A stretch of DNA of 64,000 bases, from IMG/VR virus record IMGVR_UViG_3300025133_000037, positions 67,662 to 131,661 of that record. The stretch is one strand, 5' to 3'. Under the pieces are notes generated by a model. It saw nothing but the letters and a program-made list of their open reading frames with translations, did not search any database and was not told the origin of the DNA. This stretch comes from a virus. Below, one piece after another: positions 1 through 9,507 of the stretch (position 1 is the first letter of the stretch; the number at the start of each line of letters is the position of its first letter). Made by a program: the position numbers and the translations under genes.

Positions 1-3000
1 GGCCTTCCCTCCTGTTTCTAACATAATTTTCCGCTCAGCATTAGTATGAGAGGTCTTTGTTCCACATCCGGTCTTTACTACATTATATGGCATACCCCTA
101 TACTGATCGAAGAGTGCTCTTATTATCTTTCTATACCTTAATCTTACCTTCTCTTTTTCAGATTCAATCAGGCCGCCGCCCCAAGGCTTAACGTGTTGAT
201 TTACCTCTGGATCTCCCACATCCGGCCTGCCTATATTAACAATCTTTTGCTCTCGCAACTCAGCCTCATAAGCCACATAGACTCGCTCAATCTCCCTTAG
301 GATCTCAAAGGCCTCATCCTTCGGGCTGCGCTGCAAAAGGTCTGACATTTCTATATCAATCATTGGGCCGGGGCTGCTTCCCAGCAATGAAACCGGGATT
401 CTGGCCGAAGCAATAGGTATATCAGTAGCATTTTTAGTTACATCTTCGCCACGATAATCTAACGGAATTGGCACCCCAACCGAGTTGACGCCAAACCCCA
501 TCTGCGTTGGAGGAAAAGATAAGTCGGCCCCGCTCCTTGTAGACATCGAGCCAACATAAAACCCTCTTGTTGTATCAAACCCAAGCTCTTCATTCACGTA
601 TCCAATAACTACTCCATCTGATTCGACAGATTTTGTTGCCGGATGATTTATCAGGCTTATGCCTTCTTTTATTCCCTTATTTTTAACCAACTTTACACTC
701 TTTCTGGAAGACGCCTCAAAAATAAACCTCTTATCTCTTCTGTCTACACTTAGGACCATCCATCCAGATTCAGAATAAGAGTCTGGCAATACAACGTCTT
801 CAAGCTCTATTGAGCCTGGAATATTTGACTTACAGAGTACATATACGAAGTTGTTGGATGGAGGCTCTGGAACATTAATATCAAATTGATGATAAATAGC
901 TCCACGTTCAGTTAAAACATAAATTGGAAAATAATCTTCTGGCCCATTAAAATCGGCAATAACTGCTGCAAACGGCGGAATTAACTCAAAAGATACATCC
1001 TCATCGGATGTCTGATAATTAAACCTCTTGCCCCGCTCTCCTCGACCTTTAGAGCCAGATGTACGCTGGCGCACTCCCTGGTGAAATCTTGCATATTTTC
1101 CATCATGACTCATGCCAATTGAGGTAAACGGAATGTTAGTAAGAACATTGTCTATAATGGCGCGAGCTTTCGATGAACTTTCAGTTGCCTCTCCGGCCTC
1201 CTCTTCTGCATCAACAACTTCTGTTAAAGAAGATCTAATATAATCGACGGCTTTTAACTGATACGGCCTGGACGTGCATGCTGCCATAACATGAGCAGCT
1301 TGGGCTCGCAGTGCCATAAGACATTTGTTTATATTATCGTAATGCCTCTGGTACCATGCTGATTCAAAATCAACTTCCTGCGATTCATCCTTTATCTTAT
1401 ACCTTTCCTTTTGACGCCTTTCTGAATCTATTTTTTTAGCTATATCGCTAGAAACGCCAACAACAACGGCCTGTATATCGCTGTCGCTTAGCGCGATGAT
1501 CTTATCCGGACTTGACAAGTCGACCCCTATATCGTATCCGACATAGGCCATGGCCCTGGGATCTTTCATATACATGTTATATATTCTGGAAATCACGTCT
1601 GCCAAATAAAATGCACTGGCAGCATGAATAACTCTTCCCATATATTCTTGCCCACGCATCTTAACTACCTTGTCCGTCGTTGCTCCTGGATCTACAATTT
1701 TTTTAGATTCGGACCCGCCTAACGAAATAGTCAAAGCATTTGTTATTCTTGTTAAAACATCAGAAACAGAAGCATCCTCCATCATTATCCCGCGAATACT
1801 TTGAACATCCAAAGAGGACCCGCCTGTACCTCTGCTGAACAAAGTCCTCCTATATCTCTCAACCGCTTCGGCTCCATGCCTATTTCTTGCCGCAATAAGA
1901 ACGGCCTTTGACATCTCAACAATTAACTCTTTATGAAAAGCCCGCCCCAGATATGCCAAAAACCTATGATCAACATCATATAGAGCCTCCAGAAGTCCGC
2001 CTCTGACTATTGCAAATGCGTCATCAACTATATCCTCTTTATCCTCAACCGCCTTAGCCGTATTTACTAGCGCCCTTATGATCAAATAAATATTAGCCTC
2101 AATTTCATCATCATATCTTTCTCTGAATAAAATCGGCTCACCAACCAGTCTTCCCTCTATATCAAGGGTTGTTGCCATCCTCAAAAAATCTCTGCACGAA
2201 ATCAGAAGAGACTTCAATACCTCTCCTACGGGAGTTGTTATTCTCAGCACCCCTGCCGCTTGATCTTTTAGGTATTCATTTTCTCGACCTAATATAAAGA
2301 AGTCTTCGTTATCATTCTGGACGGCCAGACTAGCCCTACCCTGAGCCCCAAGGCCTCGACCATCTTCTTGGTCATCCATTGAATCTTCTAACCCAGTATT
2401 AGATTCTATAAACACTGTAGTCTTAGGATCCTTAGTCTCCCTTGGCCTTGCAGTACTCCACCTAGCCCTCTGTTCAGAGCCCCAAATATAATCTCTTGAT
2501 ATTGCCCCAAATGTATATAGCCTCTTGGATCCAGGAACGCCAAAGGCTACTCGCTTTACCTTATCGACCCTATCCACCCACTCTGAATATTCAAAAAACC
2601 GTTCTGAATCTGAGCCCAAAAGATCCTCTGGAGATAGTTCAACAATATAATGATCTCCTTGGTTTGAGAATAATCTTGTAGATATATCAAAATTATCTAA
2701 ACCCTCTGACGAAAGGAGGCCCGAACGAGCGATCTGGCGCTTGTTATAAACAGAGCCGCGTCTATTAGATAGGCTAATTCCAGTATGTGTTCTTCCAAAG
2801 TAAAGGGAATCCTTAACGGAGAATTTGTGGCCATGTCTGCACACTAAAACTAAATCTTGCAATATTTCCATACGGCTCTTGCCTGTATGTCTGACCTTTT
2901 TATCCAAATCTACCGGACTAGCCATAGCTAGGGAAAGTAAACCTGAAAGCTTGTCTAGACGACCAGCAGACTCTAATTCATCAATTGCCGCCTCTGGACT

Positions 3001-5679
3001 TGAGGCATTGGAAAGGAAGGGAATAATGTCGCTAACCTCCACTCCCATAGATATCAAGGCCTCAATAAAGTCCTTCATATTATCCATAGACTCTGACACA
3101 ATAGATTTTAATAATTCCGAAAATAAGCTCCTGTCGAAGGATGACAGACTTACATGGGCTCCGCAGACAAGATATGACAAGGTCCCTTCTTCTGGAAGAG
3201 AATACCCGCCAAGACCATCACTGGGCGGATGCAATTGTGATGAGTCATGATCTATGACTATACTTTTGTCGCCAGCCTCTATAAGGGCTAATTTATCCGC
3301 AGATATTGGGCCAGATATTGGGCTTGCAATAAACGAAAACTGATTTAATAATTCTTCATGATCACTTATCGTACCACCTTCTTCCCCCAATATCCTGGTG
3401 GGACAATTGAAGTATTTGTTAGAGAACTTCCATCCTCCAGCCCTTCTTTTCTCTAGCTCGGACAAAATATCTTGCGCGACCTCCGTTGTTATGAGCCCCT
3501 CTTCTACCGCTTGGTCTAAATGACCCTCGATGTCACCAGCTGAACCGCCTGCAGTCTGCAACTCCCATGCTGACGGAACTCCTGCGGAAGAATCAAAAAT
3601 TGGAGATAAATCTATATCCAAACCACAGGTCTGGTCTTTAACAGACAGCTTGTCTGCCCTTAGTTCTGGCGGTCTATCACTTGCATTTGAATAAGGGCAT
3701 CTAAATCTTTTGTCTGAAATCTGCACCTCGCCACCAGGGATTCTCGCGGCTCCCATCGTCTTTAGGGCCCAAGCCTGCCTCCGGACACCCTCGGCATGTA
3801 CATCTCTAGAGCCAGACGAAACCATCTGCCCTATCTCCGCCCAAGTCTTTGAACCCGCCCCCACTTGCGCGAGAGTTGGCGGCGGCTCAAACCTGATGTG
3901 GTTTCCGTCCTCGTCTACTTGCTGCAGCATATCTGTAGTTATTAATTGCCCATCTGCATGCCTTACTAGGCTATACATTTGAGTTTTATATTCCGAATAT
4001 GCCTCTGGACTAATAGATCCAGACTTTCTGCTCTGCCCATATGACTCTTTACTCTTTCTTGTGTAAATACTCTTTCCACAAACAGAGCAATCTGCATAAT
4101 TCCAGCTAGTAGTTACTCTTTCCGAAACAACATTAACAACTCCTTCTCTGATTTTATCTCTTGATATTTGGCTTGTCATATATCTACAAAATGATTTAGA
4201 TACCCAAGCGGCTCTCGACTGTCTCGTGAAGAAATTACGAATTTTTCTTTTTATTTCAGCTTGAATCTTTTCTTCAAACGGCTCTTCATATGTGGTCCAG
4301 CTCTCTCTAAACTTAACCTTTGACGCATTTTTATCTCCACCCTTTAGATGATATACTTGAGCCTCTAGGTCTATGAAAACAATTTGGTTGACCACCTCTA
4401 ACAGCAGCTTAAAAACCTCAGACCTACTGTCTCTTATTATTTTGGAAACAGAAAATGCCTGAGTTCTTAGAAGGTCCCCTGTATTAACCTCCCCCGATCT
4501 ACCCATCTCATATAACTCATGAGAAATATACTCGTCTCTCTTTTTTATAGCAGAGACAAGGTCGTCTAATTGATCTGAAATTATCTGTCTTTTTATTTCA
4601 GCCGTTTCGACCAACCTCTTTGCCGAAATAGTAAATCCATCCTCCGAAAAAACTAAAGAAGCAGAATTCAAATCCTTCTTAGCGTCTTGTGATCTTTCTC
4701 TTATCTGGGCCAGCCTATTAAGTATGGCCTGACGAATTGCCTGTATCTTTCCGATTGACATGACAGCATGAGGCTTGCCATTGACATCCTCTATCATATA
4801 GCCAGCTGCATCATCGCCTAGTTCAGAAAAAATATCATAAAAATTCAAAGCTGTAACGGAATTTTCTTCCGCGCTTTCTATTGCACCGTTTAGCCTTGCC
4901 TCATAAGTCTCTGGAGAATCTTCTTGCCTATAAAACTTTGTATCAATAGCAACATTAAGATATATATTTTTAGTAGGAGTTGCGTCATATAGGTGCATAT
5001 ATTGCTTTCTAGTTATTTCACGTATCGGCTCAAGGCTCTCCCATTCAAGGCGACCTGTGTCTGGAACCTCATCCTTTGGGGCAAGCTCTTCTTCTAATTC
5101 GATATTTTCCCAGGCATCATTAATTATGTCCCAAGAATCCCTCAGAAAAGCTGGCAGTCCATATTCTTTTATAAAAAACTCAATGGCTAACATAAGATTT
5201 TTATTTTTATCATATGCCTGATATGCATTATAACCAGCCGCCGAATTCATCATGGACCCAAGGCTGACCTCTAATCCGTTAATGCCCCCGTCAATAAGCC
5301 CCTTGGACAAAGCTGCCGTAACATCAACCTCTTCCCTTACCCTTTCCTCGCCTGGCATAAAGGATTCGCCTTGAATTTCATCTGGTCGGGAGTCTTCAAA
5401 CCAGCCACTTTCAGGATCATAATCGGTGTCTGACCGTCCGCCATAAGTAAGATCACGATCAACCCCGGCCTCCTCTGGGACAAACCCCTCCTCTTGTTCT
5501 TCATCAGGCTCCTGATGGCTTAACAAGCTATTCAAGATGTCTACATTGCTCTTCAGATGTCCGTGATAATCTTCTAAGGCAATCTTAAAATCCTGCTCAT
5601 TAGCCTCGCCATCTATACCGTGGCTCGTTTTAAGCGCAGCCTTTATATCATTAACCTTCCTAATTACATTAACGCTCAT
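1..5679 (-). CDS. Giant hypothetical protein (>1893 aa, C-terminus runs off the window), acidic N-terminus, scattered Cys/His pairs
   Basis: ATG at 5679, 10 nt after the stop of 5689..7035. Translates MSVNVIRKVNDIKAALKTSHG...; the frame was open in the segments I translated by hand, including positions 1-90. Contains CSVCGK, CPYS..TCG and CRHGH. Absent from the track because its stop codon is outside the window. Confidence 0.85.
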   Translation of the reverse strand, partial: MSVNVIRKVNDIKAALKTSHGIDGEANEQDFKIALEDYHGHLKSNVDILNSLLSHQEPDEEQEEGFVPEEAGVDRDLTYGGRSDTDYDPESGWFEDSRPDEIQGESFMPGEERVREEVDVTAALSKGLIDGGINGLEVSLGSMMNSAAGYNAYQAYDKNKNLMLAIEFFIKEYGLPAFLRDSWDIINDAWENIELEEELAPKDEVPDTGRLEWESLEPIREITRKQYMHLYDATPTKNIYLNVAIDTKFYRQEDSPETYEARLNGAIESAEENSVTALNFYDIFSELGDDAAGYMIEDVNGKPHAVMSIGKIQAIRQAILNRLAQIRERSQDAKKDLNSASLVFSEDGFTISAKRLVETAEIKRQIISDQLDDLVSAIKKRDEYISHELYEMGRSGEVNTGDLLRTQAFSVSKIIRDSRSEVFKLLLEVVNQIVFIDLEAQVYHLKGGDKNASKVKFRESWTTYEEPFEEKIQAEIKRKIRNFFTRQSRAAWVSKSFCRYMTSQISRDKIREGVVNVVSERVTTSWNYADCSVCGKSIYTRKSKESYGQSRKSGSISPEAYSEYKTQMYSLVRHADGQLITTDMLQQVDEDGNHIRFEPPPTLAQVGAGSKTWAEIGQMVSSGSRDVHAEGVRRQAWALKTMGAARIPGGEVQISDKRFRCPYSNASDRPPELRADKLSVKDQTCGLDIDLSPIFDSSAGVPSAWELQTAGGSAGDIEGHLDQAVEEGLITTEVAQDILSELEKRRAGGWKFSNKYFNCPTRILGEEGGTISDHEELLNQFSFIASPISGPISADKLALIEAGDKSIVIDHDSSQLHPPSDGLGGYSLPEEGTLSYLVCGAHVSLSSFDRSLFSELLKSIVSESMDNMKDFIEALISMGVEVSDIIPFLSNASSPEAAIDELESAGRLDKLSGLLSLAMASPVDLDKKVRHTGKSRMEILQDLVLVCRHGHKFSVKDSLYFGRTHTGISLSNRRGSVYNKRQIARSGLLSSEGLDNFDISTRLFSNQGDHYIVELSPEDLLGSDSERFFEYSEWVDRVDKVKRVAFGVPGSKRLYTFGAISRDYIWGSEQRARWSTARPRETKDPKTTVFIESNTGLEDSMDDQEDGRGLGAQGRASLAVQNDNEDFFILGRENEYLKDQAAGVLRITTPVGEVLKSLLISCRDFLRMATTLDIEGRLVGEPILFRERYDDEIEANIYLIIRALVNTAKAVEDKEDIVDDAFAIVRGGLLEALYDVDHRFLAYLGRAFHKELIVEMSKAVLIAARNRHGAEAVERYRRTLFSRGTGGSSLDVQSIRGIMMEDASVSDVLTRITNALTISLGGSESKKIVDPGATTDKVVKMRGQEYMGRVIHAASAFYLADVISRIYNMYMKDPRAMAYVGYDIGVDLSSPDKIIALSDSDIQAVVVGVSSDIAKKIDSERRQKERYKIKDESQEVDFESAWYQRHYDNINKCLMALRAQAAHVMAACTSRPYQLKAVDYIRSSLTEVVDAEEEAGEATESSSKARAIIDNVLTNIPFTSIGMSHDGKYARFHQGVRQRTSGSKGRGERGKRFNYQTSDEDVSFELIPPFAAVIADFNGPEDYFPIYVLTERGAIYHQFDINVPEPPSNNFVYVLCKSNIPGSIELEDVVLPDSYSESGWMVLSVDRRDKRFIFEASSRKSVKLVKNKGIKEGISLINHPATKSVESDGVVIGYVNEELGFDTTRGFYVGSMSTRSGADLSFPPTQMGFGVNSVGVPIPLDYRGEDVTKNATDIPIASARIPVSLLGSSPGPMIDIEMSDLLQRSPKDEAFEILREIERVYVAYEAELREQKIVNIGRPDVGDPEVNQHVKPWGGGLIESEKEKVRLRYRKIIRALFDQYRGMPYNVVKTGCGTKTSHTNAERKIMLETGGKA

Positions 5680-5688
5680 GTCTTCCCT

Positions 5689-7035
5689 CTATTCTCCAAA
5701 GCCTGTTACTCGGACTACCCTATCTGCGGCACTCATCCCCCGGCTCGCCAGAGGATTAAAAAGAGTTTTATAATCATTCTTTATTTGTTTTATTAGTAAG
5801 TCTACCCAAGAACATGCCTGCTTAATGTGGTCTGATTCCGATCTAGTTGCTGCAACTAATATTTTACTAAATTTTGAACATATAATAATCTCTCCATTTG
5901 ATGTTTTGTTTATCCTTTCCGTCAAGGCCTTATCGGAAAAGTCTATTGACCCGACGAGAGGCTCTTTATCTAAGGATAATAGTGCCAAAACCTCTCTTAA
6001 AAGAAATGGATTATCTATATGATTATTCATACTCCATATGGGCTTGGTTGATATTGCCTTATAATATTCTTTATTTTTATTATAATTATAAAAACTTTTT
6101 TCAACGATTGGAGTCAGCAGAGTTCCCGACTCACTCCATAACTCTATGTGCAATAAGCTTATAGCCTCATTCCCAACCCTATTAATTGGGGTGATAATCG
6201 AAAACCCCCTCTCTACAAAGCGCTTTCTAATTGGCCTTCCAGATTCTTTAAAAAATGACATATCTATAGGTAGAACTCTTTCTATCTTATAAGAATTAGA
6301 GTGTTTATTTATCAAATTAACCAACGGATATACTGAGTGTACAAAGTTATTATGGCCCAGAGTCCCATTTATCAATAACGGAACCTCTTTTATTCCATCA
6401 TTATAATATTTAAAAATATTAAACTTTATATTTTCAAGAATAGAGTTAAGCTTATATCTTGCTGAGTCATATATGGTGGCGGATATTTCTTTGTTAGAAT
6501 CTAATATATCTTTTGCAGACTGCACTTCGTGATATATATACCTGCCCAAAGCATAAATTAAAATTTGTATTCTGGCTCGCTCCTTAGATATGGCGGCCCC
6601 CTCTGCTTCCAGCAAGCTGTCAACACCCTCTGATCTAAGCTCTTTGCTTACCTTTGATTTTATATATTCATTTTGAATAATATTAACTTCTTGAAGAGTT
6701 TTTTCCAACAAGGTCTTATGTAGCTTTTCATAAAAAGCGATTTTATCTCGCAGGTTATCTAATTGACTCGCTGATATTACCCTCGTTTTATCCAAACTCT
6801 CAGATGAATAGGCTTTATTAAATTCCGCCCTATCTAGGCGAAATAGATTTAAAGCATCTTTTAATTCATTAATGTTTTCGGCTTTAATCTTGTGAAATGG
6901 ATATGAAATAAAATCCGACTCAATCGAAAGAAGTCTTGTCTTATAAGGCTTCTCTGGCCCTTTTCTTAATAGAGTTATTTTATATTTAGATATAGATTTC
7001 TCTTCATCTATATATTTTAATAATTCTTTCTTCAT
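5689..7035 (-). CDS. Hypothetical protein (448 aa)
   Basis: Long ORF overlapping the sigma gene stop by 1 nt; no recognisable motif. Confidence 0.8.
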   Translation of the reverse strand: MKKELLKYIDEEKSISKYKITLLRKGPEKPYKTRLLSIESDFISYPFHKIKAENINELKDALNLFRLDRAEFNKAYSSESLDKTRVISASQLDNLRDKIAFYEKLHKTLLEKTLQEVNIIQNEYIKSKVSKELRSEGVDSLLEAEGAAISKERARIQILIYALGRYIYHEVQSAKDILDSNKEISATIYDSARYKLNSILENIKFNIFKYYNDGIKEVPLLINGTLGHNNFVHSVYPLVNLINKHSNSYKIERVLPIDMSFFKESGRPIRKRFVERGFSIITPINRVGNEAISLLHIELWSESGTLLTPIVEKSFYNYNKNKEYYKAISTKPIWSMNNHIDNPFLLREVLALLSLDKEPLVGSIDFSDKALTERINKTSNGEIIICSKFSKILVAATRSESDHIKQACSWVDLLIKQIKNDYKTLFNPLASRGMSAADRVVRVTGFGE

Positions 7036-7805
7036 TATTTATCAAGATATTCAGATAATAGATCGTTTATTATCTTATAACGACTTAATTTCTTAAGCCT
7101 CATGCTGGCAGCCCATCCCGTAAGGCCAACTTCGTTTGCAGCATCTTTTATAGAATATCCCTCCAAGCAAACCATCTTTAATATTAAGAATGTTTTCTCG
7201 TCAATTGTTTTTGACAATTTATTTATCGCCATTTCTAACTCAACATCGTCATATGATGATGTGCCGCCCGAGTAAAGACTGTCTGAATTAGACAGAGAGT
7301 TTTGAAACTCCCCATATTCCTCTCCACTCCCAGGATCTGTCTTTGGCATTGCGCTAAAAATAAGCTCCTCTCTTGATCTGCGATATACCTGCTTATGTTG
7401 AGCCCCGCAAACATTGCATGTATAACAAGACTTCCCCTTGGCAATCACTCCTCCGCAGGAGCACATCTCTACCTTCCCCTTCTCTGAAAGACCATAGGCA
7501 TCATTAGATAATTTGTTTACACTCTTGAGCTTTGAGACCAACTTATTTCTTAAGTGCGTATGTAAAAATGTACTTAATTTTACTTTTTTACTAGGGTCAT
7601 ATGCATTAACTCCTTCAATTATAATCAAAGATAGCTCTTGCTTTATATCCTCAAAAGTATATCCTGACATATATGTCTTTGATGCCCATTTGCACAAAAG
7701 AGGATCAATCCTTTCGAGCACACGTGCATACCCCTCTTTTGTACGAGTGTTTATCCACACCTCCTCTTCATACATTTTAACAATGCCTTCAAATTCTTTT
7801 TTCAT
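7035..7805 (-). CDS. RNA polymerase sigma-70-family factor with Zn-ribbon insertion
   Basis: Region-2-like FEDIKQELSLIIIEGVNAYDPSKKVKLSTFLHTHLRN; region-4 HTH ILKMVCLEGYSIKDAANEVG; CSCGG..CYTCNVCG between them. Likely start is MKKEF (7805), preceded by GGGGG. Confidence 0.8.
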   Translation of the reverse strand: MKKEFEGIVKMYEEEVWINTRTKEGYARVLERIDPLLCKWASKTYMSGYTFEDIKQELSLIIIEGVNAYDPSKKVKLSTFLHTHLRNKLVSKLKSVNKLSNDAYGLSEKGKVEMCSCGGVIAKGKSCYTCNVCGAQHKQVYRRSREELIFSAMPKTDPGSGEEYGEFQNSLSNSDSLYSGGTSSYDDVELEMAINKLSKTIDEKTFLILKMVCLEGYSIKDAANEVGLTGWAASMRLKKLSRYKIINDLLSEYLDK

Positions 7806-7813
7806 ATGCCCCC

Positions 7814-8578
7814 CTATTCGGCCCATGCATCTTGACATATAGCCCTGTAATCACACCACCGACATAATATAGAAGGCTTTTTAACCCAGGTAGAATCTGT
7901 ATCTATATAGCCGGCCTTTTTTAGAATTGTTTTTCTACACGCCCCAAGGTCATCCAGAGTAAATGTGTAATCTTTGGTCGAGCAATTATGCTTCAACATT
8001 AAATAAGATCCATGAACAACCTCTACATCCTTGAACCTTCTTCTTAAAGCCTCCGCATATACCAGAAGTTGAAATCCAGTTAAATACTTCATATTCTTAC
8101 TGGTCTTATAGTCGAGTACTCGATATTCCCCAGGCCCAACTCTGTCCACCCTGTCAATAAATCCTCTTACGGTTGTGTCATCATTTATCTTGAAATTAAA
8201 AGGCATCTCTATACCTATTACGTCCGGCAAGCCTTCCGACCTCACCTTGTCTAGGTAAGTTTGCATTATTTCTCTTAACGCAATTAAGCCAGATTGGTCG
8301 CCGTTAGGCATCCAGACTGGCTCCTCTAGTATGGATAGATCAAACTCTTTCACCCCCTTCTTAAAGCATTCTTTTAGCAAAATAGAATACTGACTTGGGT
8401 CTGTATTACTCTCCTTTACCTCCTTGTGAAATAGCTCTAAGATCAGATGGGCACATGATCCAAACTCTGTGAATCCCCACTTTGCCTGCGGAACATCTGG
8501 CTTTTCAATATATCTATAATGATATTTCTTTGGGCACTTTGTATAGGTGTCCATTGACGATACTGATAACTTTAACAA
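7814..8578 (-). CDS. PD-(D/E)XK nuclease (RecB/AddB/Cas4-like)
   Basis: LSVSSMDTYTKCPKKY, RGFIDRVD, VLDYKTS, QLLVYA, C-terminal CRWCDYRAIC. Confidence 0.9.
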   Translation of the reverse strand: MLKLSVSSMDTYTKCPKKYHYRYIEKPDVPQAKWGFTEFGSCAHLILELFHKEVKESNTDPSQYSILLKECFKKGVKEFDLSILEEPVWMPNGDQSGLIALREIMQTYLDKVRSEGLPDVIGIEMPFNFKINDDTTVRGFIDRVDRVGPGEYRVLDYKTSKNMKYLTGFQLLVYAEALRRRFKDVEVVHGSYLMLKHNCSTKDYTFTLDDLGACRKTILKKAGYIDTDSTWVKKPSILCRWCDYRAICQDAWAE

Positions 8579-8595
8579 AACAACTCCTAAATTTT

Positions 8596-9471
8596 CTAAA
8601 AAATCTGGCTTAACGACCTATCTTGAACCCACCTATATACAAAGGAATTCGAAGCTTTATTCGAGCCCTTTACCTTTGTCCTTTCAACTCTTTGAATAGA
8701 CTTTATCCACCTTGATTCAAGACTCTCCCAGTAGTAAGATACATAAATTCCTGTTTTCTGATTATAAAAACTATTTACATAGTTCCCAGTTACAATCGGC
8801 TCCTTTTCCCCTAACCTCTCATCATAAAACTTTGTCGTCGGTCCAAATGTACTATAAGTACGGTTTACAATTTTGACAACTTGATTTTCCGCTAACTCAT
8901 CAGTGGAGCCGTCCATTATAATAAACTTTGCCTTCGGATCGAACTCCGCATTGTCATTCACGTAAGAGACTGAAAAGCTATCATCTGATGATAAAACCGA
9001 AGGAAAGTTTATAAAAGATACAGAGGTTTTCCCGCCCTCAGTCTGAACTCCATCTGAATCAACAGAAGATGCCTTTATGTCCAAATCTTCAAACGAGATA
9101 GCAGATGTCTGTGAGGGACCTCCATCTGAATCAACAGATAACGTTTCAACGGCATCTTCTCCGTATGGCAAAATTATAATGCCTTCGTCGCCAATGTGTC
9201 TTGGGCCAGATAAATCTGTAGAGTCTGTGCTGTATTCCTCTTCTAAAATTGCAGAAGAATCTTCCGAAGATATAGCCATAGCCTTGAGCGACACTGACCC
9301 CCCGTCTGTTGGCAGATAAACTCGACCCACAGCTATCAAAGAGCTTGCATCAGGAGTTGTGCCATCTAAAGTGTAAAAAACCGTAGCTGGTTTGCTTGTA
9401 GAAAACTCTACATACGCTGGCACGCCAGAAATATATTCTTCTACACTCTCTTCTAAAGTTAAAACAATCAT
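8596..9471 (-). CDS. Chitobiase/beta-hexosaminidase C-terminal (Fn3-associated) domain protein, possibly structural
   Basis: N-terminal VEFSTSKPATVFYTLDGTTPDASS signature. Confidence 0.65.
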   Translation of the reverse strand: MIVLTLEESVEEYISGVPAYVEFSTSKPATVFYTLDGTTPDASSLIAVGRVYLPTDGGSVSLKAMAISSEDSSAILEEEYSTDSTDLSGPRHIGDEGIIILPYGEDAVETLSVDSDGGPSQTSAISFEDLDIKASSVDSDGVQTEGGKTSVSFINFPSVLSSDDSFSVSYVNDNAEFDPKAKFIIMDGSTDELAENQVVKIVNRTYSTFGPTTKFYDERLGEKEPIVTGNYVNSFYNQKTGIYVSYYWESLESRWIKSIQRVERTKVKGSNKASNSFVYRWVQDRSLSQIF

Positions 9472-9507
9472 AAGTTACCTCGCAGAATATGTGATAAAAT
9501 TAGCATA

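Noticed and set aside
7814-8578. Cas4 of a CRISPR-Cas system
   Set aside because: No cas1, cas2 or array in the window; stand-alone PD-(D/E)XK nucleases are common in phages.
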